64,000 bases of DNA. Source: Phycisphaerales bacterium (lineage in GTDB: Bacteria > Planctomycetota > Phycisphaerae > WQYP01). The position numbers were made by a program, and so were the translations under genes. Below the pieces are notes generated by a model. It was not told the DNA's origin and did no database searches. It saw nothing but the letters and a program-made list of their open reading frames with translations. The DNA is taken from positions 1 to 64,000 of the forward strand of contig DAIDJN010000034.1 of the NCBI GenBank assembly GCA_027451365.1, read 5' to 3'. Positions 29,519 through 40,388 of the stretch are shown one piece after another. Each line of letters opens with the position of its first letter. Within the stretch, counting starts at the first letter, position 1.

Positions 29519-29593
29519 ATCATGGGTATTGCAAATCGGCTTTCAGCCGCAATGCGGCGGGGACCGGCCGCCTGATTCTCCGGAGCCTGCGGC

Positions 29594-30298
29594 ATGAAGG
29601 CAACAACATTGAAAGGCCGCTCCCAGCGGAATCTTCCGCATGTCTTGCTGCGCTATTTCGCCGCCATGCACGACCGCTTCGGCGATCAGCACTGGTGGCC
29701 CGCCGATTCCCCGCTGGAAGTCATGGTCGGCGCGGTGCTGACTCAGAACACCAGTTGGCACGGTGTGAAAAAAGCAATTGTGCGGTTGAAGGCGGCCGAG
29801 GTTCTTGATGTCCGATCGTTGTTTGATCTTGGCCCCGCAGGCATTGCCCCGCTTATTACCCCCGCCGGCTATTTCAATCTTAAAAGCCGGCGGCTGTGGA
29901 ACCTGATGGCGTGGCTGACGCGGGATTTTGATGGCCAGATCGCGTCGCTTTCCCGTGTTTCCACTGCGGACCTGCGCCGACAGCTTCTCGCCGTTAATGG
30001 CATAGGACCCGAAACTGCCGACAGCATTCTGCTTTACGCGCTTGGTCGCCCGGTATTTGTGATTGACGCCTATACGCGACGGATTCTGGAGCGCCACCGG
30101 TTGGTGCCCGCGGAGGCAACGTATGACGACTTACAACAGACCATGGCGCGGCATTTGCCGGAAAGCGTGGAGTTGTTCAACGAATTTCACGCCCAGATAG
30201 TGCAAATAGGCAAGCACTACTGTAAGCCGACGCCGGCCTGCGACGACTGCCCTTTGCGGAAATACCTGCCGAAATACGTTTCTGCCACAAACAGATAG
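29594..30298 (+). CDS. Endonuclease III-related HhH-GPD DNA glycosylase
   Basis: GAVLTQNT, GIGPETADSILLYA, VIDAY and CKPTPACDDCPL. Confidence 0.92.
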   Translation: MKATTLKGRSQRNLPHVLLRYFAAMHDRFGDQHWWPADSPLEVMVGAVLTQNTSWHGVKKAIVRLKAAEVLDVRSLFDLGPAGIAPLITPAGYFNLKSRRLWNLMAWLTRDFDGQIASLSRVSTADLRRQLLAVNGIGPETADSILLYALGRPVFVIDAYTRRILERHRLVPAEATYDDLQQTMARHLPESVELFNEFHAQIVQIGKHYCKPTPACDDCPLRKYLPKYVSATNR

Positions 30299-30338
30299 GT
30301 TCGCCATGACTTCGCGACCGTCATGGGACAGTCCGACT

Positions 30339-31325
30339 TTATGATTGGCCCGCACCATGCGGGTGAAGCGGCAAAATCAAAACGTGCCGTTCGCCGGTGA
30401 TGCGGTATCGGGCTTTTTTATAAAGCGCTACCGCCGGCAAATTGGCTTTGTCCACCGCGAGAATCGATTGTCCGATACGCCGCTCGCTTAACACACGTAA
30501 AACGTGCCGCATAAGAAATCCCCCAATACCCACGCCGCGCGCCGCGGGTACCAGTCCAAGGTAAACCAGTTCCAGCGCGGCGGGGTCGGTGTGCGGAGAA
30601 AGCAGCAGCACGCCGATCCAGTCTTCACCGCGCCGCACCAACGACCAGAGTGACGGATCAAACACCCCCACCGCCTTGTGACCCGCCATGACATCCGTCA
30701 TGGATCGCAACCCGGCCATACGCGGGCAGTCCAGTGTTTCCCGATACGTTTCATGAATGGTGGAGGCGAATACATGATCGAGTTCCGGGCGGTAGGGCCA
30801 CAGGCTTACACCGGGGGGAACATCGTTCCGCGGCGAAAAAAATGGCGCGTTGCGTTCCATATAGAACAGATCCGCCAAATCAAAAAAGGCCGCCGCCCGA
30901 AATGCTTCAGCCGAGGCCTTATTGTCCGCGTCAAGAATAGTCTGCGCAATGACCATGCCATCTTCGCCGGCGCGGCGGCAGACCGCGCCGATGCAGGCCT
31001 GCGTGGCCAGCCGCGCGGTCGGATAACGTCCTAAATTGGTTGTGTAAAGCAGCGCCGTTCGTCCGGGACTTTGCGTCCAGAGACAGGCCGAAACCATCCG
31101 TTCACCCTCCATCGCCATCATTTGCCGACTCAAGCTTATCCCGTGAAGCCCGCACCAGTTTTCAAAGTTACGCCAGCGCGCCTTGGCAGCGGAATCCTCC
31201 GGCCGGCTGGCGGTTTCAGGCCCATCCAAAATGCAGGCAAGACCGCGACGGGCCAGCGCCACCGTGGAGGCGGGAATAATTTCCAGTGACGGCGATGGGG
31301 ATTCCATGGGGGATAAGCTCCTCAT
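30339..31325 (-). CDS. Tandem GNAT-family acetyltransferase
   Basis: YLGLVPAARGVGIG and AVDKANLPAVALY..ARY. Confidence 0.85.
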   Translation of the reverse strand: MRSLSPMESPSPSLEIIPASTVALARRGLACILDGPETASRPEDSAAKARWRNFENWCGLHGISLSRQMMAMEGERMVSACLWTQSPGRTALLYTTNLGRYPTARLATQACIGAVCRRAGEDGMVIAQTILDADNKASAEAFRAAAFFDLADLFYMERNAPFFSPRNDVPPGVSLWPYRPELDHVFASTIHETYRETLDCPRMAGLRSMTDVMAGHKAVGVFDPSLWSLVRRGEDWIGVLLLSPHTDPAALELVYLGLVPAARGVGIGGFLMRHVLRVLSERRIGQSILAVDKANLPAVALYKKARYRITGERHVLILPLHPHGAGQS

Positions 31326-31649
31326 GCGGGCATGTTAGATTGGTCAACATAAATACGCAATTTCCCGCCTGTTTGACGTGGCCATGGCAAGGCCAGCGAT
31401 TCCCTTAAAACTCCTCAGACCGGGAAGGAGATTTGACGCCAAAGCAAATGAAATTTATTATTCAAATTGCGACACCTCCGTCCCGTGCCGGCCAGCGGGA
31501 CGGCGGGCGAACCCATCCATCGGGCATTCCCGCGGGTGCCCCCGGCAGCGCGGGCCGCCTTCAGCCGTGGATGCGTGCCTGGAAAATAAATGGCCAAAAT
31601 GTATCGCAACCTCTGCCGTTGCACAGCAGCTTTTTTGTGAGCCATCAAT

Positions 31650-32591
31650 ATGCCCCGAAAACCGCGACCGCTTGATACAGAGATTTTCCGCTATTTCCCG
31701 GCCACCAATCGCAGCCTGCACATGGGTTTATACCTGACCGGCGTAGGCACACAGGCTGATCGGCCGCCGGATGCCACCCGCTCGCCCAAACATCCGGATA
31801 TCTACTGGTTCACCTGGGAAAAAGGGCGCGTGCTTCCGGAATATCAGTTGGTCCTGCTGACCGCCGGCGGCGGTGAATTTGAATCGCGGGAAACCGGATT
31901 GGTGAATATTGAACCGGGAACGGCGATTTTTCTGCTGCCGGATGTGTGGCATCGGTACCATGCGCGCGCCGGCTGTGTCTGGACCTGCGCGTGGATTTCC
32001 TTTAATGGTGAAATTCCGCACCGCTGGCAGCAGACTGGCCTGCTGACTCCTGAAACCGCCATTCGTCGCGTGCCAGATGCCACGTCCCTGGCCGCACGCA
32101 TGGACCGCCTGGTCCACCACGCTCTGTCGGATCCGGCCCAAAACATGCTTTCAGGCTCTTTAATGGCCTTAAGCCTGTTATCCGGAGTGCTGGGGGACAC
32201 ATTATCGACCACGCCACCCACCCCGCAGGAACTTGCCGCGCCGCGTACCGACCATTTGACGGATAAACTGGTCGGCGAGGCGGTGAATCTGATCTGGAAC
32301 CACAGCCACCAGAATATCTCGGTGGGCCTGCTGGCACGCAAACTCGGTATTACGCGCCGCACCCTGGAACGTCGCTTCCTTGCGGCGCGCCAGCACACCA
32401 CCCTGATCGAAATTCTGAATTGTCGCATCAGCCGGGCCGAAAGAATGCTGCGGGAAACACACCTTCCCATCCGCCGCATCGCCCACGCCACGGGTTTTAC
32501 GTCTCCGACGCATCTTTCGCGGACCTTCCGTCAGCGCCTGGGCAAAACCCCAAGCGATTGCCGCCGCAACTTCCCCCAGCCCGAAGCCTGA
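31650..32591 (+). CDS. AraC-family transcriptional regulator
   Basis: Cupin N-terminus (VWHRY); IAHATGFTSPTHLSRTF..GKTP. Confidence 0.92.
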   Translation: MPRKPRPLDTEIFRYFPATNRSLHMGLYLTGVGTQADRPPDATRSPKHPDIYWFTWEKGRVLPEYQLVLLTAGGGEFESRETGLVNIEPGTAIFLLPDVWHRYHARAGCVWTCAWISFNGEIPHRWQQTGLLTPETAIRRVPDATSLAARMDRLVHHALSDPAQNMLSGSLMALSLLSGVLGDTLSTTPPTPQELAAPRTDHLTDKLVGEAVNLIWNHSHQNISVGLLARKLGITRRTLERRFLAARQHTTLIEILNCRISRAERMLRETHLPIRRIAHATGFTSPTHLSRTFRQRLGKTPSDCRRNFPQPEA

Positions 32592-32709
32592 CAGGTCGGC
32601 GGTATGCCCCGGGACGGCCCCAAAGCCGGATGGGCAGACGGATATTTTCTTTCGTGCAGCCCGCGGGTTTATTTGTGGGCGTTGCATCTGACCGTATACT
32701 GGTAAAGCA

Positions 32710-33525
32710 ATGCCGGTGTTTATGCACAACTTCATGTCCCGCCTGACCACCTATTCCTGGTGGGTGGTGGCCATTGAACTTCTTCTGATTGGTGTGGTGG
32801 TTTACAGCGTGCTGGAATTTCTGCGCGGCACACGCGGTGCCCGCCTGATCAAGGGGACCGCGCTGTTCCTGATTATCACCTACACCGTCATCAAACTTGG
32901 TGGAGATAAGCTCGTCCGTGTGGAATTTCTTTTCAGCCGCCTGCTGGTGTTCACCACCTTCGCCATTGTCGTCGTGTTTCAGCCGGAACTGCGCCGCGCC
33001 CTGATGCGCCTGGGCGAAGCGAGGCTATTCCGGCTGGGCGGATCCACCTCGCGAAGGTTGATTGACTGCCTTTGCGCCACCGCCGAATATTGCTCGCGCA
33101 ACCGCATTGGAGCGCTGATCGCGGTGGAACGGGAAGTCGGTTTGGGAGCGCTGATCGAAAACGGCACAGCGCTTAATGCGGATGTAACGTCTGAACTGCT
33201 GAATACCATTTTCTGGCCCGGATCCATTCTACATGACATGGGCGTGGTCATTCGTGACGGCCGAATCGCCGCGGCAGGGGTGCAGTTCCCGCTGGCGGAA
33301 GTCGGTGAACTTAGCCAGGAAATGGGTTCCCGCCACCGCGCGGGCCTGGGGCTTTCCCAGGAATCCGATGCTGTGGTGATAATCATAAGCGAGGAAACCG
33401 GTGCCGTAAGCCTTGCGGAACGCGGCCGACTGGTGCGGGGGGTCACCCCCGAAGAATTGCGGAACTTCCTGGCCGACGCGCTGCGGCGCAACGAATCGGC
33501 GCTGATGCGCCGCCCCGCGGCCTGA
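32710..33525 (+). CDS. cdaA: Diadenylate cyclase CdaA/DacA
   Basis: Three N-terminal TM segments, FQPELRRAL, LHDMG (DGA-box variant), GSRHRAG and SEETG. Confidence 0.93.
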   Translation: MPVFMHNFMSRLTTYSWWVVAIELLLIGVVVYSVLEFLRGTRGARLIKGTALFLIITYTVIKLGGDKLVRVEFLFSRLLVFTTFAIVVVFQPELRRALMRLGEARLFRLGGSTSRRLIDCLCATAEYCSRNRIGALIAVEREVGLGALIENGTALNADVTSELLNTIFWPGSILHDMGVVIRDGRIAAAGVQFPLAEVGELSQEMGSRHRAGLGLSQESDAVVIIISEETGAVSLAERGRLVRGVTPEELRNFLADALRRNESALMRRPAA

Positions 33526-33566
33526 ATGCCGGACCGCCGGTCATCAAATGAAAGGATCTGCCCGTC

Positions 33567-34733
33567 ATGGCTCGCAAAACCGCCCAACTGATGGACCGCC
33601 TGAAGGTGCTGCCGCTGACGCTGCTGCTTTCGGTTCTGCTCTGGCTGTATGCGGATGCCAACCTCACTTCCACCCAGGGCGACCTTCCGATCCGCATTTC
33701 CGTCATAGCCGCCCCGGATGCCGGGTCGCGCACGGTGCAACTGGCCCAGCCGGCGACGGGAGATTTTCAAATTACCATTCAGGGGCCGCGCAACCGGGTA
33801 GCTCGCGTGCGGCAGCAGTGCGAAGGCCGTGCCGTATTCACTACTGAAGACATCAACAATCTTGTATATGTTGTGCGGCATCCCGATCAGCTCGCCCTGG
33901 GCAGTCATGACCACATGGACGCGGTCAAAGTCTTCAATTCGCTGCCGTTTTTCCGGCAACGCCGCATCAATGTCATCAGCGTCAAACCGTCCACGCTGCA
34001 GTTGAATGTGGATGAAATGGTCACGGTTGTGCGACCGATCGACTTCCGCCAGTTGCGCGGCATCCCGGTTACCTTAACACCACCCAGCGCCAAAGTTGTG
34101 CTGCCGCGCAGCCTGCTGGCCGGCATTGGCGGCAAAAGCCAGCTTCGTGTAATCGCCCACCCGCTGGTGGATCCCACCACGCTGCCACCCAATACCCGCC
34201 AGACTATCCAGGCCCAACTGGTCGTGCATTACCCCGGCACGCTTAGCACCCAGGTATCCGTATTTCCCTCCACCGCGACCGTCACGCTGAATATTCCCGC
34301 GCAGCCGCGAAAAAAGCTTTTCATCGGAATCGTGCCGGTGTGGGTTCGTGGGCCGCCGTGGTTGCTTAACCGCTATTCAATTGAAACGCAGCCCACCACG
34401 GTCAACGTCACGGTAAGCGGTGCCGCTCACCGGCTTAGCCTGCTTAAAACCCAGGTCATTCGCGGCAACGCCGCGTCGGTCCGCGGCCGCGTGATAGCCA
34501 TGTTGAATCTGACGACCAATTGGCGTCCGGGCGCACATTTCGTCAGCCGGCGCGTCCATTATCATTTACCGCATGGCATCAGCCTGGTGGACGGACCAAG
34601 GCACATTCTGTGCCGGATCCAACGCCGCAAGCCCGCCACCACCACTACCCCCGCCGCCGTACAGGCTCCTGCCGCAACAACCCAGTCCGCCGCCGGAACA
34701 GGCGCAAACCCAGCCGCCGCGGCCCCGCCATAA
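33567..34733 (+). CDS. CdaR/YbbR-like membrane-anchored regulator
   Basis: Follows cdaA; LLLSVLLWLYA anchor; repeated P..V.V...G beta motifs. Confidence 0.68.
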   Translation: MARKTAQLMDRLKVLPLTLLLSVLLWLYADANLTSTQGDLPIRISVIAAPDAGSRTVQLAQPATGDFQITIQGPRNRVARVRQQCEGRAVFTTEDINNLVYVVRHPDQLALGSHDHMDAVKVFNSLPFFRQRRINVISVKPSTLQLNVDEMVTVVRPIDFRQLRGIPVTLTPPSAKVVLPRSLLAGIGGKSQLRVIAHPLVDPTTLPPNTRQTIQAQLVVHYPGTLSTQVSVFPSTATVTLNIPAQPRKKLFIGIVPVWVRGPPWLLNRYSIETQPTTVNVTVSGAAHRLSLLKTQVIRGNAASVRGRVIAMLNLTTNWRPGAHFVSRRVHYHLPHGISLVDGPRHILCRIQRRKPATTTTPAAVQAPAATTQSAAGTGANPAAAAPP

Positions 34734-34927
34734 AAGGCCGCCTCCGCATTTACCAGCTTTTTCGCGAAACCCCGCGACCAACATCCGTATCTCTTTCGGA
34801 CATTCACCGCCTATCCGTGTCGATGCTGCGGAATCGCGGGAAATGTTTTATGATAGCCGCCACACCCGCATCGTGCGGTCAGATGCCGCGTGCCGGGTCA
34901 TGAACATGAAATTGCGGACAGGACTCT

Positions 34928-36385
34928 ATGCTTCATGAATTAAGTGCACTGGAAACACGTCAACGAATCGCAGCCGGTGAAATAAGTTCCCGTCAGGCGA
35001 CCGAGGCGGTCTTTGCCCGCATCCGGTCTTTGGAACCAAAACTCCACTGCTTCAACAGCACGTTTGAAGACCAGGCCATGGCCCGCGCCGCGGAAATTGA
35101 CCAGCTTCGCTCCGCTGGAAAGCCGCTGGGGCCGCTGGCCGGGGTGCCCATTGCCCTGAAAGATAACCTTTGCACCAACTTCGGCACCACCACCTGCTCA
35201 TCAAAAATGCTGGCGGATTTTCATGCCCCCTACAACGCCACTGTCATTGAAAAGCTGTCCGCGGCCGGTGCCGTGTTTATTGGCAAAACCAATCTGGATG
35301 AATTCGCCATGGGCAGTTCCACGGAAAATTCCGCCTTCGGTCCTACCCGAAACCCTTGGAACACCAGCCGTGTCCCGGGCGGATCTTCCGGCGGGTCGGC
35401 CGCGGCGACCGCCGCCCGATTATGTGCCGCATCGCTGGGGTCAGACACCGGCGGTTCCATCCGCCAGCCCGCCTCTCTTTGCGGAATTGTGGGCCTTAAA
35501 CCGACCTACGGCCTGGTATCCCGCTATGGTCTGGTCGCTTTTGCCAGTTCACTCGACCAAATCGGCCCCATGACGCGCACGGTTTCCGATGCGGCTCTGC
35601 TGTTGCAGGTCCTGGCCGGCCACGACCCTTTGGACAGCACCAGTTGGCCCGCGGATGTGCCCGATTACCTGGACGAAATTGAAAAGCCGCTGGTTGGCGT
35701 GCGGATTGGTCTGCCTGCCGAATTTTTTGAAGCCGGCACAGACCCCGACGTTCTAAGGGCAGTGAATACCGCCATCGATTTTTACAAGTCCCAGGGCGCC
35801 ACAGTTGTTCCCGTGAAGTTGCCGCACACAAAATATGGCATTGCCGCCTATTATGTGATCGCTCCGGCGGAAGCTTCCAGCAACCTGGCCCGCTATGACG
35901 GCGTGCATTACGGCCATCGCACCAGAAACGCTTCAGATATTTATGACCTGTATGCCGGCAGCAGGGCCGAAGGCTTTGGTCCTGAAGTACAGCGACGGAT
36001 CATGCTGGGCACCTATGCGCTTTCCAGCGGATATTACGACGCCTATTATGTGCGGGCACTGAAAATTCGCACCCTGATCAAGCACGACTTTGACGAGGCG
36101 TTCAAGCAGTGCGACTTTATCGCCTGTCCCACCTCGCCGACGACGGCATTTGAGATTGGTTCAAAGAGTGGCGATCCGCTGCAGATGTATTTATGTGATG
36201 TGTTCACAGTCACGTGCAATATTGCGGGCATTCCGGGAATGAATATTCCCTGCGGCTTTTCAAAGGAACGGCTGCCGATCGGTTTGCAGATTTTTGGTCC
36301 GACCTTCAGTGAGGCCCGGATGTTCCGCCTGGCCCGCCAGTATGAAAAGCACCATAACTGGCACACCCAAACCCCGCCGTTGTAA
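34928..36385 (+). CDS. gatA: Asp/Glu-tRNA amidotransferase subunit A
   Basis: GKTNLDEFAMGSSTE, GGSSGGS, SDTGGSIRQPA and RRIMLGTYALSSGYYDAYY. Confidence 0.97.
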   Translation: MLHELSALETRQRIAAGEISSRQATEAVFARIRSLEPKLHCFNSTFEDQAMARAAEIDQLRSAGKPLGPLAGVPIALKDNLCTNFGTTTCSSKMLADFHAPYNATVIEKLSAAGAVFIGKTNLDEFAMGSSTENSAFGPTRNPWNTSRVPGGSSGGSAAATAARLCAASLGSDTGGSIRQPASLCGIVGLKPTYGLVSRYGLVAFASSLDQIGPMTRTVSDAALLLQVLAGHDPLDSTSWPADVPDYLDEIEKPLVGVRIGLPAEFFEAGTDPDVLRAVNTAIDFYKSQGATVVPVKLPHTKYGIAAYYVIAPAEASSNLARYDGVHYGHRTRNASDIYDLYAGSRAEGFGPEVQRRIMLGTYALSSGYYDAYYVRALKIRTLIKHDFDEAFKQCDFIACPTSPTTAFEIGSKSGDPLQMYLCDVFTVTCNIAGIPGMNIPCGFSKERLPIGLQIFGPTFSEARMFRLARQYEKHHNWHTQTPPL

Positions 36386-36458
36386 CGCCCGAAAAGCCGG
36401 AACAGGCAGCCGCAGCCGGGCACGGCGGCAGAGTCCGCCATACCGCCAGGAGAACCGA

Positions 36459-37049
36459 ATGGATGCACCCGAACCGAATTTAAGCCGCAAGCCGGATGAT
36501 TGGAGCGATGATGCGGAGTTGCGGCTGATTTCCCCGGTCTCCACCGCTTGGAAGGTCCGCCGACTGCTCTGGAGCATCGTCCAAGAAACCGCGTTCCGAT
36601 ATTCCTTCCACACGTGGTCTGGCTGGCGGGCATTTCTACTAAAGAGCTTCGGTGCAAAAATCGGTGCCCATTGCGTCATACGACGCACCGTAAAGACCTA
36701 TTACCCCTGGCTCCTAGAAGTCGGAAGCCTGGTGATCATCGGAGATAAGGCCGAGCTCTACAACCTCGGGAAAATTACAATTCAAGACCGCGCAATGATT
36801 AGTCAAGAGGCCTACCTGTGCGCCGGCACACACGATTATAACAGCCCGTCCCTGCCGCTTATTACCGCTCCAATACATATCGGTTCCGACGCCTGGGTTT
36901 GCGCGAGAGCATTTATTGGCCCTGGGGTCTTTGTGGGAAACGGCTCCGTTATAGGAGCGTGCGCCGTGGCAACAAAGCGAGTTGAACCGTGGACAGTCGT
37001 GGCGGGCAATCCGGCTCGATTCGTCAAGGCAAGGCCGAGGCCGCAATGA
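36459..37049 (+). CDS. WcaF-like hexapeptide-repeat acetyltransferase
   Basis: FGAKIG..YYPWLL, ISQEAYLCAGTHDY and VAGNPAR; AGGAG SD. Confidence 0.9.
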   Translation: MDAPEPNLSRKPDDWSDDAELRLISPVSTAWKVRRLLWSIVQETAFRYSFHTWSGWRAFLLKSFGAKIGAHCVIRRTVKTYYPWLLEVGSLVIIGDKAELYNLGKITIQDRAMISQEAYLCAGTHDYNSPSLPLITAPIHIGSDAWVCARAFIGPGVFVGNGSVIGACAVATKRVEPWTVVAGNPARFVKARPRPQ

Positions 37050-37199
37050 CAAACTGCGGCCACCCATCATCACATCTCTCATGAACGCTACCCAATCATC
37101 CTCCGGGCGATGGGGCACCCGCGAAACCAATGGCCGCAGCCGTGCCCACAACCCGGCGGACCACGCCCGGAAAACGGCGGCCGGAAAATGATTTATGGC

Positions 37200-38399
37200 T
37201 CAATCGCCATTCAAAGACCGCAGGCGTCTCCGCACGATCTCCGCGTATTGTTTTGCCTGCCGCGACAAACCGAAATGCTCCATCGCCCGCTGCCGCCCCA
37301 CCTCTCCCATCGCCGGCCATTTCGCCCGCTCACTTAAGGCCCGCAGCAGCCCGGCTCTAAACCCCGCCACCGTCGGCTCATTCACATGCCAGCCGGTCTG
37401 CCCGTCAACAACCGTTTCCGCCGGTCCGCCCAACGCATGAACCAGCACCGGCTTCCCCATCATCATCGCTTCCACGACCGAAAGCCCAAATGGCTCCGCA
37501 TCGACCCTTGCATTTATGGCAACATCTATGGCCCCATAATACCGCTCCGGATCAGGCACATCGCCAACTAAATGCAGCCTTTCCGCGACACCCAGCCGCT
37601 GGGCTAAAGCCCGCAATTCATTGCCGAACCCACCTGCTGCCGACCCGCCCAACAGCAGCAAATGCGTATTGGCATAAGCGGCTGGCAATTGGGCCATGGC
37701 CTCCAGAACCACGGCCTGTCCCTTCGCCCTTACCAAACGCGCAAAGATAGCAAAAACTGCAGCGCCTTCCGGTATTCGGAACTCGCTTCGCGAAAATTGG
37801 TCCCGCCTTTCCGGGTTAAATCGCACCTCGTCCGCCCCAAGATAAAGAACAATCGGCTCGACCGGAAAATTTCCCAATGTCGACGCGGTATACCGGCTGT
37901 TGGCAATCGCAGTCACGCCCAGTCGTTTGATCGCCCGTTGAACCAACCACCGGTTCGCACCGAACGGATATTTGCCCAAGGCGTTAGACATTTCCCAGAA
38001 ACAAGCCACGCCCGCGTCGCTTGCGGCCATCGCTGCCAGCGGCATAAGATTCGGCCACAGAACATGCACGGCCTGGACGTTTATCTCACGCAGGACAACG
38101 GCCAATTGGGGCCTGATCGCGATAACGGCCCGGCGAATCTGCAATTGCAACCGCAATTTGTTTATCAATCTGCCGCGCAGAACCGGCAACGAATTTACGT
38201 TTAGCTCCCTCACCTCAAATCCCGCCGCCCGCAGGGAATCTGAAAATGCCCCCTGCCGCAAGGAAACCACGACCGGCTCAATGCCCACGGGCCGCACCGC
38301 CCCGGTCAATCCGCGCACCGCCTGGCCCACGCCAGCGAACTCGTCACCGGCGATCAGCCACGCGATGCGAAGCCTGTCGAATTTCTCGTCCGCCGTCAA
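37200..38399 (-). CDS. Glycosyltransferase family 4
   Basis: ARLVRAKG and EPFGLSVVEAM. Confidence 0.9.
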   Translation of the reverse strand: MTADEKFDRLRIAWLIAGDEFAGVGQAVRGLTGAVRPVGIEPVVVSLRQGAFSDSLRAAGFEVRELNVNSLPVLRGRLINKLRLQLQIRRAVIAIRPQLAVVLREINVQAVHVLWPNLMPLAAMAASDAGVACFWEMSNALGKYPFGANRWLVQRAIKRLGVTAIANSRYTASTLGNFPVEPIVLYLGADEVRFNPERRDQFSRSEFRIPEGAAVFAIFARLVRAKGQAVVLEAMAQLPAAYANTHLLLLGGSAAGGFGNELRALAQRLGVAERLHLVGDVPDPERYYGAIDVAINARVDAEPFGLSVVEAMMMGKPVLVHALGGPAETVVDGQTGWHVNEPTVAGFRAGLLRALSERAKWPAMGEVGRQRAMEHFGLSRQAKQYAEIVRRRLRSLNGD

Positions 38400-38617
38400 T
38401 CTTTTCTTCCATTTCGATTACGTGAACCATCAGACACACATGTCGCTTGATACTATCCCCCAAAAGCCCCCGCGCCAAGGCGTTCACTAGCTCCCCGTCA
38501 CAGCGGGAAAAAGCCCCGTTGTCGGCGATCGCCGCAGCAGCCAAGTGGCAACCCGGCGCGATTCATAAAAGCCCGACCGAAGCCTCAATAAAAGTAAGGT
38601 CATATACTGCCGTTACT

Positions 38618-40138
38618 CTATGAAGCACCGCCAAAAAACTTCCGCACAACAGGCACCCGCAAAACAATTGCCCCCACCCGAGTCCAAAACTCCGCGGATT
38701 CCGCCCGGCAAACCCAGGCCCCCAAGCCGAAGAAAATAACCCCAGCCAACGCTGTTCCCACCAAGACATTCGCAACACCGTTCCGCCCCAATGCAGGCCA
38801 AAGCCAATCCAACAAATAAATCGGCAGCACAGCCAAGGCAGCCAATGGAAGACCGGGCACGAACACCGACATCACTTCGCGCCAGCCCATACCACAATCC
38901 CGAACTGATAGGTAAATGGAAACTGGCGACGCTAGCGCATTCTCCCCCGCGACGGCCACGGCCACGAGAAGGGGCCCCTGCCACCAGGCTCCCAAAAAAA
39001 CTGCGGGTATGGCCACGATCAACATGCCAACCCAAAGAAGCATAGAAAAATTGTAACGCTGCCTCGCCTGAAGGAAGCCGGAAAGAGGCCCGTAGGTCAC
39101 CGCAAATGGCGTTCCGACCGAGAGAACGGCCAAAACCTGGGCCGATTGCGCCCAGCGTGGCCCGAAGATAACGACCACTGCCGGCTTGGCTAGAACCGCG
39201 ACCACCGCACAGGCTGGTGCCGAGACAAAAACAGTTAGTCGCAGTACACGCAAAAAAGCAGCGGCCTGCCGTGGCGGATCGCCCCTTAAGCCAGCCAATA
39301 CGGGAAGCAATACCTGGCCAAGATTGAAGCTCAGCAGTTGAAGAGCTTGCGTCGACAAATTCCAGCCGAAATAGAATACGCCCGCTGCGGCGACCGTTCT
39401 TATCCGACTTAAGGCCACACTGGGTAGGGCCGTCTGAAGCGCGTATACCAGCGAACTGGCAGCCAGCGGAAACGCGTCTTTTGCGATGAGACACCATCGT
39501 AAAATTCCAAGCGTCCGGTGTATACGAGAAGGTGCCCAGGCCCAGAACACACCCAAGCGAACAGCGCTAAAAATCGGCAGGGGAATTAACAAGCTGTAGG
39601 CACCGAAGCCCAGCCAAGCCAGCGCCACCGTAGTTGCCAGAACACCGAGATTGTATACAGACCCCACGATCGCGATGCGCTTAAAATCAAGTCTCGTGTA
39701 AAGTTTGGCCATGGGAACTGAGGTCATCGCATTGACCAACATTCCCGAAGCAACAAGCCAAATAAGACCGCGAAGTTCCGGCTGATGAAAAAAAACAGCA
39801 CAAAAGGGCGCGGCGGCCGCAAGCGCAACTGTGCCCGCGAAACCCAACGCCAAATCGAACCAGAAAACGGACGATACCCATTTCTCCAAATGAGATTGCT
39901 TGCCTATAAGAATCTGCAACAGGCCGTTATCCCGCAAGAGTTTGGGCACCGTCGCGACAGAATAGGCCAACGCAACCATGCCAAAATCGCGCGGCACCAG
40001 CAACCTCGCAAGGATTAACTGCCCGATAAACCCGGCAGCCTTCGACGAAATCGCCTGTATGAGCAGCCACAGGAACCCAGCAGAGGCCCGCTCTGTTAGA
40101 GGGGGACTCAACTTGCCTGATTCTATTGCCATTTGCAC
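38618..40138 (-). CDS. Wzx-type polysaccharide flippase
   Basis: LILARLLVPRDFGMVA, multi-TM, about 500 aa. Confidence 0.9.
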   Translation of the reverse strand: MQMAIESGKLSPPLTERASAGFLWLLIQAISSKAAGFIGQLILARLLVPRDFGMVALAYSVATVPKLLRDNGLLQILIGKQSHLEKWVSSVFWFDLALGFAGTVALAAAAPFCAVFFHQPELRGLIWLVASGMLVNAMTSVPMAKLYTRLDFKRIAIVGSVYNLGVLATTVALAWLGFGAYSLLIPLPIFSAVRLGVFWAWAPSRIHRTLGILRWCLIAKDAFPLAASSLVYALQTALPSVALSRIRTVAAAGVFYFGWNLSTQALQLLSFNLGQVLLPVLAGLRGDPPRQAAAFLRVLRLTVFVSAPACAVVAVLAKPAVVVIFGPRWAQSAQVLAVLSVGTPFAVTYGPLSGFLQARQRYNFSMLLWVGMLIVAIPAVFLGAWWQGPLLVAVAVAGENALASPVSIYLSVRDCGMGWREVMSVFVPGLPLAALAVLPIYLLDWLWPALGRNGVANVLVGTALAGVIFFGLGAWVCRAESAEFWTRVGAIVLRVPVVRKFFGGAS

Positions 40139-40388
40139 ACCGTAGGACCGCAGTGTTCGTCGAAGTCCGATTCCAAGCGAACCCCACGCTGGAGTGCCGC
40201 ATTAATACTTTAAAGATTACCGGGACGCCCGTCGACCGTCCATTGCGGCGTAACATCCGGTGCTGGGAAAGCTGAGGTGCCCGGGCCTAAATCCAAAAAA
40301 GTTAAACCGCCAGCCTCCCGGCGGCGCTGGCGTAAAGACCCAATCCACCGTAAATTTGGTTCAAACGATTCCCTGCATAGGAGATCAA

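Noticed and set aside
30215..30270. Missing fourth Cys in the glycosylase Fe-S motif as a novelty
   Set aside because: Loss of cluster ligands is common among HhH-GPD relatives; not distinctive without an alignment.
34928..36385. gatA without gatC/gatB as an anomaly
   Set aside because: Split gat genes are common outside Firmicutes and Proteobacteria.
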